A stretch of DNA of 64,000 nt from an uncultured Gammaproteobacteria bacterium. Lineage in GTDB: Bacteria; Patescibacteriota; Microgenomatia; PFEM01; JAPLYW01. The DNA lies in NCBI GenBank assembly GCA_965230945.1, contig OZ246397.1, forward strand, positions 438,284-502,283, written 5' to 3'. Shown in pieces: positions 50,404 to 61,300 of the stretch. Below the pieces are notes generated by a model. The model saw nothing but the letters and a program-made list of their open reading frames with translations. It did no database searches and had not been told where the DNA came from. Numbering within the stretch: the first letter of the stretch is position 1; each line of letters opens with the position of its first letter. Made by a program: the position numbers and the translations under genes.

Positions 50404-50466
50404 GTTAGCTTTGAAGTGGAGGGTGATATGTAGGGCAGGCGTATCACCTTCCGCTTTAGGGCTAAC
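50404..50466 (+). other. 28-bp uninterrupted RNA helix (7 G.U pairs) with a 7-nt loop
   Basis: GTTAGCTTTGAAGTGGAGGGTGATATGT-AGGGCAG-GCGTATCACCTTCCGCTTTAGGGCTAAC. Confidence 0.75.
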
Positions 50467-50579
50467 AAAGGTTTTGCTAATAAAAATTAAGGGCTTGACA
50501 AAGAGTTTTGTTCCTGTTTTACTTGCTTAAGTAAGTAGTCCTCTTAAAATTTTCGATTTTTATGTTTCCTGATTAAATA

Positions 50580-51902
50580 ATGGCTGATAAAAAGAAGCTT
50601 ACTGTTGATGAGGTTGTTGGTTCTTTAGAACCAAGCAGACCAGCGGTAAAAGAAACCACAATAAAAGAAAGCAAAGAGAAATTTAAAACAGAAGGTAGAA
50701 CCTCTGTTTCTAGAAACCGTCCTTTTTTAAGTAGAAAAGACAACGGTAATAATTTTAATGGAGTAGTCGATAATCGTGTTATCCCTGATGCTGGTGTTCC
50801 CACTCATTATCTGGAAGGTATTTTAGACGTTTCTCCGGAAGGTCATGGTTATTTAAGGCCTAAGTTTTCTCCTTCTAGCCAAGATGCCTACATTTCTTCC
50901 TCTCAAATTCGCAGATTTAATTTAAGGCCTGGCGATATGATAGGAGGTCAGGTAAGAGAACCAAAGGAAAAAGAACGTTATTTTGGGCTCTTAAAGGTAG
51001 AAAAGGTTAATGGTGTTGATATTAATAAATTGGGGAGGAGGCTTAATTTTGAAGATCTTTTGCCGGTTTACCCAGATAAACAGATTAAGTTAGAGACTGG
51101 TAAGACGCCCTTATCTACGAGAATGATTGATTTGATCTCGCCTGTTGGTAGAGGACAAAGGGGTTTGCTTGTTTCGCCTCCTAAAGCTGGTAAGACTTGG
51201 CTTTTAAAAGATATTGCTAATGGTATTAGCACTAATTACAAAGATATTCATTTGATGGCCGTTTTAGTGGGAGAAAGACCGGAGGAGGTAACCGATATTT
51301 CTCGTTCAGTTAAGGGTGAGGTTATTGCTTCTAACTTTGATGACCCGCCTAATCATCAGACTAGAGTAGCAGAGGTTGCTTTAGATAGAGCCAAAAGATT
51401 GGTGGAGATGGGTAAAGATGTTTTTATCTTGCTTGATTCTATTACCAGGCTGGCTCGTGCTTATAATCTAAGTATCCCTACTTCAGGACGAACCTTAACC
51501 GGTGGTTTTGATCCAGCCGCTTTGTATCCGGCCAAGCGTTTTTTAGGAGCAGCCAGGAATATTGAAAAGGGTGGCTCTTTGACTATTTTAGGAACAACCT
51601 TAGTTGAAACTGGTTCTAAAATGGATGATTTAATTTATGAGGAGTTTAAAGGTACAGGTAATATGGAGCTTCATTTAGTTCGCTCTCTGGCAGAACGTCG
51701 GGTTTACCCCGCCATTGATATTCAACGTTCTGGTACTCGTCAGGAAGAACTTTTGTACGACAGCAAAGTCTATCCTAGAATTGTCACCATGAGAAAAATG
51801 GTTGATATGCTGGGGGCGAATGAAAGAACAGAGATTATTTTAGATAGATTGAGTAAATCAAAGAGCAACGAAGAGTTTCTAAAAACATTGAACAGGGGTT
51901 AA
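50580..51902 (+). CDS. rho: Transcription termination factor Rho
   Basis: D.Y.S.SQIRRF.LR.GD, PPKAGKT, ERPEEVTD, LDSITRLARAYN, EEFKGTGN. Confidence 0.97.
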   Translation: MADKKKLTVDEVVGSLEPSRPAVKETTIKESKEKFKTEGRTSVSRNRPFLSRKDNGNNFNGVVDNRVIPDAGVPTHYLEGILDVSPEGHGYLRPKFSPSSQDAYISSSQIRRFNLRPGDMIGGQVREPKEKERYFGLLKVEKVNGVDINKLGRRLNFEDLLPVYPDKQIKLETGKTPLSTRMIDLISPVGRGQRGLLVSPPKAGKTWLLKDIANGISTNYKDIHLMAVLVGERPEEVTDISRSVKGEVIASNFDDPPNHQTRVAEVALDRAKRLVEMGKDVFILLDSITRLARAYNLSIPTSGRTLTGGFDPAALYPAKRFLGAARNIEKGGSLTILGTTLVETGSKMDDLIYEEFKGTGNMELHLVRSLAERRVYPAIDIQRSGTRQEELLYDSKVYPRIVTMRKMVDMLGANERTEIILDRLSKSKSNEEFLKTLNRG

Positions 51903-51923
51903 AGATATGCTATTCTTGGTGGC

Positions 51924-53006
51924 ATGCAAACTTCTTCATTAGCTCAAGATCTTAAAAGGTTCTCCATTTCTCTTCTTATCTACTTAAAACAAAAAGTTTT
52001 AAGGGCTTGGCAGTCTTTTGAAAAGACGAAATCTTTAGTAGCCATGGGTTTGTACCAGCAGCGAGGGCGTTTTGTTCGTCCTTTTATTCATTCGGGCATG
52101 GCCTTTTTGATTGTCGGTGGTATTACCCTAGGTCCGGTTTTGATTGCTGAGAATTTAAGTAATCCTTGGCAGGAAGAATTTGCTCCTCAGGCAATTTTAT
52201 CTACAGCCGTAGCTGAATCAGGCACGGCTACTTTGGTTTCTATTAAGCCTCGAGCTGAGGTAGCGGAATACGAAGTTAAAGCAGGCGATACCGTTTCTAC
52301 TATTGGCGAGAAGTTTGGTGTTTCTGTTGATACCATCATTTGGGAGAATAACCTTAAGTCGGTTAAAGATATTAAGCCGGGCCAAAAGCTAAAAATTTTG
52401 CCAGTGGCTGGTATTATGTACAAGGTAAGGCCAGGAGAAACGATTTATTCTATTGCCAAAAAACACCAAGTTGATGCACAGGTGATTGTTGATTGGCCTT
52501 ACAACTCCTTTGCCAATGACGAAACTTTTGCTTTGGCTGTAGGGCAGACATTGATAATTCCTGACGGTATTAAGCCTAAGGCTAAACCAGTGGCGCCAAG
52601 AAGCAGTTATTATGCAACCGTTGTTCCTGGGGCTGGTTTAGGGACAGGACAATTTGTCTGGCCGGTAGGTGGAGGAATTTCTCAAGGCTATACTTGGTAT
52701 CATAGAGGAATTGATATCGCCAACAAAGCCAGGCCAAACATTGTGGCTGCTGATTCAGGAACGGTAATTATTACTGGCTGGCCTTCACCTTGGGCTTTTG
52801 GAAACAGGATTATTATTGATCATGGTAATGGTTATCAAACCCTATATGCGCATCTTTCGGCTGTCTATGTAGGAACGGGGCAAAGAGTGCAAAGGGGGCA
52901 GACAATTGGCAGAATGGGTTCTACTGGAAGAAGTACCGGTCCCCATTTACATTTAGAAATTAGAAAAAATGGAGTTGCTTTAAATCCACTAAGCTTTCTT
53001 AAATAA
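51924..53006 (+). CDS. LysM-repeat M23 peptidase (cell-wall hydrolase)
   Basis: TM helix, two LysM domains, H.GID, YAHL, GSTGRSTGPHLH. Confidence 0.93.
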   Translation: MQTSSLAQDLKRFSISLLIYLKQKVLRAWQSFEKTKSLVAMGLYQQRGRFVRPFIHSGMAFLIVGGITLGPVLIAENLSNPWQEEFAPQAILSTAVAESGTATLVSIKPRAEVAEYEVKAGDTVSTIGEKFGVSVDTIIWENNLKSVKDIKPGQKLKILPVAGIMYKVRPGETIYSIAKKHQVDAQVIVDWPYNSFANDETFALAVGQTLIIPDGIKPKAKPVAPRSSYYATVVPGAGLGTGQFVWPVGGGISQGYTWYHRGIDIANKARPNIVAADSGTVIITGWPSPWAFGNRIIIDHGNGYQTLYAHLSAVYVGTGQRVQRGQTIGRMGSTGRSTGPHLHLEIRKNGVALNPLSFLK

Positions 53007-53049
53007 TTGATTCATAAAGGTAGGTAAAGTATAATAAAAAGGTAGATTT

Positions 53050-53122
53050 GGGCCCATGGCGAAGTTGGTATCGCGTCTCGATGGCATCGAGAAGACCGCC
53101 GGTTCGAGTCCGGCTGGGTCCA
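53050..53122 (+). tRNA. tRNA-Ala(GGC)
   Basis: GGGCCCA/TGGGTCC-A with G3.U70; TCTCG-AT GGC AT-CGAGA with the typical A32-U38. Confidence 0.95.
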
Positions 53123-53132
53123 CAAAAATTAA

Positions 53133-53204
53133 GGGGCTATAGCTTAGTTGGTAGAGCACGGCATTCGCATTGCCAAGACGTCGGTTCGATTCCGACTAGC
53201 TCCA
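53133..53204 (+). tRNA. tRNA-Ala(CGC)
   Basis: GGGGCTA/TAGCTCC-A with G3.U70; CGGCA-TT CGC AT-TGCCA. Confidence 0.92.
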
Positions 53205-53250
53205 CAGGAAAGAAGAAAAGAGAAAAAGGAGGGTAGAGTAAAGAAGGGCT

Positions 53251-55272
53251 TTATTCTTCTAGTTCAGCTTCGGGAGTAGCTTCCTCAATAATTTCGATTT
53301 CACCAGCATCAGTAGATTCGCTTACCTCGGGACCAGATTGTTCCGGTAATTCAATGGGTGGGGAAATAATAGGAGATGGAAGAACTTCCGGTTCAGTAAG
53401 TTGAGTTGTACCTTCAGTAGTTTCTGTTATTTCTTCTTCAGGAAGATTTTTAGCTAGTTCTTCAAGTTCTGTTCTTGCTTTTTGATAATCAACTGAATCG
53501 GTAGGAATTAAATTAGTGACGATGAGCATCATCTCATGGGCCTTTTTAAAATCTTCCTTTTCTTTGTAGGCAGCAGAGAGATTATAATAGCCATTGGCAA
53601 AGTTGGCTTTATCGTCAATAGACTTTTGAAACCATAAAATAGCCTCATCATATTCACCTAGAGCATAATAAACACCACCTAGTCCTAATTTTAATTCAGG
53701 GTTGGTGGGGTCTAAATTAATTGTTTGACGGTAGGATGTTAGCGTCCATTGTTCAGCCCCTTCAGCAAAATTGATTAATTGACGGTAGGTTTGAGATAGA
53801 TTTTCCCAATTGATCACTTTGTTTTGGTTTAAAGAAACGGCTACTTTAGCTTCACTAATTGATTGCTGGATTAAGGTGGTAATAGTTTGTCGGTCCTGAT
53901 CAGAAAGATCTGGCCGACCGGCAATACTGTCTGCTAAGGCAAGACTGGTTTGAGAGTAGGAGATGCGGTAAACATCATTATAAGGATTTAACATAATAGC
54001 TTTAAGCTGGTTATTATAGGCGTTAGTTCCATCATTTAAGGCGATATTAACCAGCGATTGTCTAAAACGAACTTCGGCAGCATAGACTCTACCGGCAAAG
54101 TAAAAAGAAACTCCGCTAAAAAGGACAATTAAAGAGAGGATAATCACAGGTAGTATTTTTGATCTTTCTACATATTGCCCTTTTGGTAAACCGATTGCAG
54201 CTGAAGCAACCAAGATATAGAAGATTAAAAGAGTAAGAAAATTGACTGGTAGAAAGAGGAAGATCAAAGAAACGGTAAAGATAGTCAAAAAGTAAGCAGA
54301 ATATTTTTTGGCCTTAATAATTTTACCCATTAACCAAACCCAGGCTGCAAAACCCAAAATACCCACGGTGGTTATAAGATTAAAATAGAAATTTCCTGAG
54401 GTACCAAAACGAAATAGCCAAAGATTAGTTAAATTATAGCTAGCTGGTCGGAATCGAGAAAAAGCGTCTAGAAAGTTTTCCGGTCCAACACCTAAAAGGA
54501 AAGTTTTACCATTTTTAAAAGCTTCAATCACGATTGCCCATGAGGTTGAATACGGTAAAAGAAGAGGTTTGCTAACAACTAAAATTTGCCATAAAGAAAT
54601 ACCTAGACCACCAAGGATGATTATGATAGAGATGGGGTGGTGGATTAGAGAGAGCAAACTTTCTCTTTTAACTTTCTTAATAATAGAAATAAAACGGGTT
54701 AAAGCTAAGATTAAGACAGCAATTAGAAAAGTGGTTAAAACCAATGGGGTTCCGGCTGGCGTCCAAGATTTTAATCTAAGGAAAGCAACACGGCTGCCTT
54801 CAGGAATAAAAGCTTCACCCAAACCAATAAATTGAAAGATGGCGGTTAAAGAAAGAACAACAGCACCAACAATGAAACTGTTTAAAAGCTTAATTCTATT
54901 TTCCCTACTAACGTTGTTGGTAATTATAAAATAGAGAAAGGTGAGGGTAATTACTGTTCCTGTTCCGTTAGGCAACCAAAGAGTTTCCCATTTATTAGGA
55001 GAAACGATAATTGTTGAAAGAATGAAAGCAACGGCAATAGCCAAAATAGGTAAATCAAAGGAAGTTTTTTTAATACTTAATTCTTTAGTAACAACCATTT
55101 TAACAGCCCACAGAATTAATAGGATAAAGACAGAGGAGAAAAGAAGAGCATTTTTATTAAACTCGTAGAACTCTGAAGTGAAAGGCAAGAAAAATAGTGG
55201 CGTTACTCCAATAAAAATGATTAAAAACCAAAGAATGATTTTATTAATAAATAGACTTCTTTTTTCTGCCAT
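53251..55272 (-). CDS. Polytopic membrane protein (O-antigen ligase/Wzy_C-like) with C-terminal TPR repeats
   Basis: About 12 TM segments, LLGVGPENF motif, TPR pattern LG..Y...G.Y..A...F, acidic Pro-rich tail. Confidence 0.75.
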   Translation of the reverse strand: MAEKRSLFINKIILWFLIIFIGVTPLFFLPFTSEFYEFNKNALLFSSVFILLILWAVKMVVTKELSIKKTSFDLPILAIAVAFILSTIIVSPNKWETLWLPNGTGTVITLTFLYFIITNNVSRENRIKLLNSFIVGAVVLSLTAIFQFIGLGEAFIPEGSRVAFLRLKSWTPAGTPLVLTTFLIAVLILALTRFISIIKKVKRESLLSLIHHPISIIIILGGLGISLWQILVVSKPLLLPYSTSWAIVIEAFKNGKTFLLGVGPENFLDAFSRFRPASYNLTNLWLFRFGTSGNFYFNLITTVGILGFAAWVWLMGKIIKAKKYSAYFLTIFTVSLIFLFLPVNFLTLLIFYILVASAAIGLPKGQYVERSKILPVIILSLIVLFSGVSFYFAGRVYAAEVRFRQSLVNIALNDGTNAYNNQLKAIMLNPYNDVYRISYSQTSLALADSIAGRPDLSDQDRQTITTLIQQSISEAKVAVSLNQNKVINWENLSQTYRQLINFAEGAEQWTLTSYRQTINLDPTNPELKLGLGGVYYALGEYDEAILWFQKSIDDKANFANGYYNLSAAYKEKEDFKKAHEMMLIVTNLIPTDSVDYQKARTELEELAKNLPEEEITETTEGTTQLTEPEVLPSPIISPPIELPEQSGPEVSESTDAGEIEIIEEATPEAELEE

Positions 55273-55378
55273 AAGTTAATAATAAGGCTTAAAAAACATA
55301 CCTGTCAACTGCTATTTTTTGATTTAATTTTGATATACAAGTTTATATTAAGATATATTCTTCTAAGCAAATAAGGAT

Positions 55379-58300
55379 CTATTTAATTGTTACTCCTGAA
55401 ACACTTACTCCGCTGAAATTAATGTTGCCTTGACTGTAATCTACTGTTAGTGTACCACACCATTCAGAATTCCCGTTGTCACTGTTGGCCCTAATTCGGT
55501 ATTGGTAGGTATATTCAGAGGAGGTGGTATTATCAGTAGAGGAAGTGCTATCAGCGTCTTCAGTGGTTAAAAGAGTATAAGCTCCACCATCGACACTTCT
55601 TTCCACCCGATAACCAGTCTCCAGACTGGTATTATCATTCCATTTGACGATTGTTTGGTTAGGTTGACTGCCGTCATCAATCATGCAGCCCGTAGGAGCG
55701 TAAATTTGACTCATGGTAAAGTAAGCAGACTCTGTACTCCAGGCCCCCTCTTCACCTCCGTCATCCCAATATTTAATACGCCAATAATACGTAGCCCCCC
55801 ATTGTAGATCGGTGCTTGCTCCTCCATAGGAAATATCGGTACAGCGATCACCAGCTGTGCAAGTGGGAGAGAGGGAAGTTTTGTCAGAATCCCAAAGTGT
55901 AGAGCCAAAAGCTGAATCATCATCAACCTGAATTTGATAATAATCAGCAATATCGCCAGTATCGGTATCATTATAAATTGCCGAAAATTCAGGGGTGGTA
56001 TCAGTTACCCCTGTGGGGTTAGTTTGCCCTTCGGTTAATAAAGAAGTGGGGGCCAAGGGGGTATAGTTGACGGAAAAAGTATTGGTTCCTGTACTCCAGG
56101 GGCTTTCCGCACAATCATCATCAAAAAATTTAATTCGCCAATAGTAAGTAATTCCGCCGGTTAAAGCTGATCCTGCATAAGAAATATCAGCACAGCGAGT
56201 TCCTTGATTGCAATTCGTCATCGAAGTTCCTGAAGCCCCTGAATCCCAAATCGGTGAACCAAATTCAGAATCGTCATCTACTTGAATGCGATATTTATTG
56301 GCAATATCATCGCTATCAGGATCATTATAAATAGCCGAAAATTCTGGTTCAGTGTCGGGAACTTGACTGGGATTGGTTTGCCCTTCAGTTAGCAAAGAAG
56401 TAGGAGCGGTTGGGGTTTGGTTCTCGGTGTAATTTAAAGTGACACTCGTGAGAGAGGGAGAAACGGTGGTATCGTTAGTTGTTAAAATAGCTCGATATTG
56501 GAAGTATCTTTGAGGAGTAGAGGAAATGGTGGAGCCAGTTGGGTCTGTCATATAGGTAGAATTAGATCTAAAGTCGTCCAAATACATATCAAAACCTTCT
56601 GAACCATCAAGAACTCTAATGCCTAGTTTGGTAATCTCATCTCTGTCATCAGTAGAAATATCAGTAATATCCCAATACTCTCTTTGCCACTTAAAGACAT
56701 CAGCATTGGTTGAATAACCAGAAGAAGGAGCGGTACCGCTCCAAGAAGAAACAGTTACCAAACCTGAAGAAATAGAAGTTACTTCACCTTGCATAATATA
56801 AGTGGTACCATCAACATTTTCTCGAATGATAACTGTATCGCCGGTATATAAACCAGTTACACTGTCAGGTGTAAATTCATAATTAGAGGTTGAGGTTGGA
56901 CCATCTGAACCTGCGGTAGTAGCATAATCAACCGAAATCTGGTGAGTTCGTAACCCATATTGATAAGCCTGTCTGATTTCATCAGCCGAACGGGTAGTAG
57001 TGTTGGAAATGCGGACTTCGTCGATGGTGCCCTTAAATTGACTGGCACCAATGGTTAGGGGGTTATCGTTTGTTGCAATTGTGACGGATCTTGAAGCGGT
57101 GTTTTTTAGTTCACCATTTACATATATGGAAAGGGTTGTACCGTTGTATGTCCCCGCTACATGATACCATTCTCCAATATTTGGTGTTACATTACTATTT
57201 ACTCGTGGTTCGTAAGAACTGCCGTCATAAATAAAAAATTCGAAATCGTCACCACCTCCACTAGAAATTCTGATAAAATATGATCCCAAACTAGTTCCTT
57301 TACTGATAAGGTATTCATAAGTAGAATGGCTACTTATTTTAACCCATAATTCAATAGATAAATTTCCAGTGATATCTAGACTTGCCGAATCTGGTACGTT
57401 TATATAGTCACTATCACTAGCAAAACTCCTCGCCTTGCCGATTTTTCCTTGAGTAAAGGTTGTCCCGGTTGGGGTTCCATGGTTACCATTACTAGAAGAA
57501 TCTTTAATATAAGCTCCAGAGCCGGATTTTTCATCCAGATGCCACAGGCTGACGGTGCTAGCATCGCTTCCATAAACCGAATGATCAGTTTCACCGACAT
57601 ATGTTTCAAGATATGTCCCTGGTCTATTTGCCGCTACATAAAAAGGAGCTTTGTTTTTAGAAGATAAGTCAGTTGAAGTTAGAGTTCTGGAAAGACGATG
57701 GTCTTTTCCTGCTCGATAAGCTTCAGCAATTTCTTCGGCGGTGCGAGCGACATTGGAAATACGGACTTCGTCAACTTGACCATCGTGGTATCCATAGGAT
57801 CCACCCCCAATTTGATAAGGGGCATAAACGGTCGTCTTTGGTGAGGTGAGTCCAGTCCTGACAAGAGTTCCATTAAGATATATGGAAGGAGTTTTGTTAT
57901 TATAAACAATTGCTAAATAATTCCACCCAGATGGAACAGTTCCGTTATAGACTGCCAAGGGGGGCATATAAGCACTTCCATGTTCATATACAGAGATACC
58001 ATTAGTGCCAACAGATACGCCAGCTCCACTGTTAGTACCTTCATTAACGGCTCCAAATAAATATTTTTGGCCTGAGATTCCAGTAGTTGAGGTTGTACTT
58101 TCTGCATCAATTTCGTGAGTGCTATTGGCTGTAAACCATGCAGAAAAAGTAAAGGTATTCGTGGGTCGATTTGTTGTTCCAACAGTAATGATATCACTAC
58201 TTCCATTAAAGCTCCTAGCTTTTCCATAGAATCCATCTACTACTGTTGTTCCAGTTGGCGTGCCATGGTTGACGTTGGCAGTGGCATCTTTAATATAAGC

Positions 58301-61300
58301 TCCAGTGCCTGAAGTTTCCTCCATATGCCAAAGAGCAACGGTATTACCATCTACTTGCGGGGCTCCGACAGTGGATTTTAAAGAGCCATTACCCTCCATT
58401 TTAATGGTTGATTCGTCGGTTTTAGTAAGAGTGTTGGAGTTTGATGTAGACCAATTAGTAGCGTCTGAATCCATGCTTAAAATAGTAGTTTCGTTGCTTA
58501 TTGGTTTCCATTCTTCCCAAGTAGAATTATTGGCTGAAGTTCTGGTTTGAAATTCAATATCCGCCCCTAAGCCAGCCGTTGGTTCAGGAGAGGTATATTT
58601 GCGGACTATAATCCTATCCCAATCAGTAGTGTAACTTTGACCGTTATAAGAATCACTATCGTATCTTCTTCCTAATGCAATTGGTTCACTAGACACAGTA
58701 TTAGTTAAATCACCAACATTCCAATAAGTTGAATTCAAATCTAAATTATACATATTTAAATTAACCGTAGAAGAATCTTTTACCTTTATAGTGTAAAGCA
58801 TATTATTAGCTGGCGTTTCGTCATCTTTATTCATCCAGCTTGAGTCATTTCTATAGTAAGCATTACCTGGGTGATTTAACCATCCTATACTATTACTTGA
58901 AGATAGATAAAATCCCCCTATCATCTGACCATTAGTTGCTAAACTGGTTGACTTTGCTTTAATCTCCTGAATAATGCCTGAAGAAAAGGTGGATATAGAA
59001 GTTAATCTACCGGTTGTATTTGTGCCGTGCAGATAGCCGCCGGAAACACTAAAACCAGTACCATCTGTTATAGTCCATTTAGTGGTGTCAATAGAATCTC
59101 CCAAGAAATCATCAAAAAACTCAAAAGTTGCACCACCATCTGAACCCGCACTAGCCCCTGAATTTCCATACCACATAAAAATCGTTGTTTTACTTGAAGC
59201 AGTGATAGAGTCTACTTCCACCCAAACTTCTGCTTCCACGCCGTCTGATTTTTCTTCTATCCAATAATCAAGATTGGTTCCGGCAGAGTTGGTGAACTTC
59301 AAATCATCAAAATCACTTTGCATATTAGAGTTATAGGGAACAGTCAATTTTACTTGGTAATTAGTTAAGGTGTTTGAATTTTGAGAATTATCAATAATTA
59401 CTGGCTTGACTTTGGTCCAGCCATCTGGAGTTGAAGGGGGAGTAATTGATTCTGTCCATTGGAGAGAATCAAGACTAGCCACAGATGTTCCTAAATCAAT
59501 TGATTGGGAAGTATAAACACCATAAGGTCTTTTTTGAGCATCTAATTTGATTTCTTCAGGAGTTCGAGCGGTGTTGGAAATACGGACCTCATCGATGGTG
59601 CCATTGAAAAAGTAACTTCCACTCCCATGTGCACCTATAATTGATGTTCCCGCAGGATTAGTTATTAAAGTTTGAGAATACGACTTAGATGCAGCTAAGG
59701 TACCATTTACATAAACTGCCTTTGTACTACCGTTATATGTACAAGCAACATGATTCCATTGATTATTCTTAAAATAGCTGCTAGTAGTAAAACTAAGATT
59801 ATCGCTATTAGAAGATGTATTATATGTGCGGAAATAAAAAGTATCTGTCGCTGCAAAAAAACAGGAATACTGAGTATTTACAGAGCCGTTTGTTGTTTTT
59901 TCAAATATAAACATATTTCTATTAAAATTATCTGAATAAACCCAGGCTTCTATTGAAAGATTCTGTAAATCAAAAGAGGAAGATGCTGGCAATAGAATAT
60001 AATCACTGCTCCCATTAAAACTTCTTCCGGCTGCTCCTAATTTTTGAGTGGTAGTAGTGATGGTGGTGCCAGTGGCTGTGCCGTGATTGCCATTGCCGGA
60101 AGAATCACAAGCATCCTGTCCTTCAGAGCAGCTGTCATTAACTGTTTCATTCATATGCCAAAGGCCAACGGTATGAAGATCAGCTGGTGATTCTTGTTCG
60201 TAAAGTTCAATCGAAGGACCAGTGTCAATTGTGGGATATCTAACAATTACTATACCAGAGCCACCATCGCCACCTTTAGTACCAGGATTACCGCCGCCAT
60301 TACCACCGCCGCCGCCGCCAGTATTAGCAACGCCATTAGTATCTGCTGAGTTTCCGTATCTATATCCATCACCGCCACCACCTTGTCCGCCAGTTCCAAG
60401 TGTGCCTGGAGGACCAGTAAAAGCTGAACCACCACCGCCACCCGCAAACCAGCCAGAAACCCCTACGGATGTCCCGAAATAACTTGACATGTCAACACCT
60501 ACGCCACCATCACCACCAGCTCCTTTAGCAGCATTAGCACCAACAGCACCTGCACCACCACCACCACCAGCAGCAAATAGCCGCCAGTCTGTATCGGTGA
60601 TACCATTACCACCATTATATCCCTGTCTTGGGGGTCCAGCATTTCCAGCGCCACCAGTTCTGGTACCCGCATTACCAGCACCACCACCTGAACCGCCAGC
60701 ACCACCATCGCCATAACTACCAGCACCACCGCCCTCTGCGGTTATATTATCAAAGACAGAGTTATCACCTTTAGTACCAGCTGCATCATCACCACCACCA
60801 CCACCAGCCCCAACGGTTACGGTTAGTTCACTGCCTCGTGTTACGTCATGGTCTGTTTCGTATAAAAGTCCACCAGCACCACCGCCACCGCCAGTATTAT
60901 TTGTGTGATGTCCACCGCCACCGCCACCAGCGACAATTAATACATCTACTTTTAAAGGAATATTTGTCGTAAATGTTCCATCACTTGTAAAGGTATGAAT
61001 GGTATAGCCTTCGGAATAGGTAATTGTTCCTCCTGTTACAAAATTACCAACATCTTTAACTCGATTTAGCTGGCCGCTGGTAAAGTCAGATTGCTCATCA
61101 TGGACAATTGTTGGATCAATAATAACAGGGTAAAGAGCAGTTTTTAGCCAGTTAACATCAGGATTAAAATGAGCATAGTATTGAATAGGTTGTGACTTTT
61201 GACTGAGAGTAGAGGAGGAGGTAATAGTTAAAGGAATATTATTACTTCTATTGTTTCCAGCGTCAATCATGAATGGTTTTTCGAAGTGGAAGCGATATTC

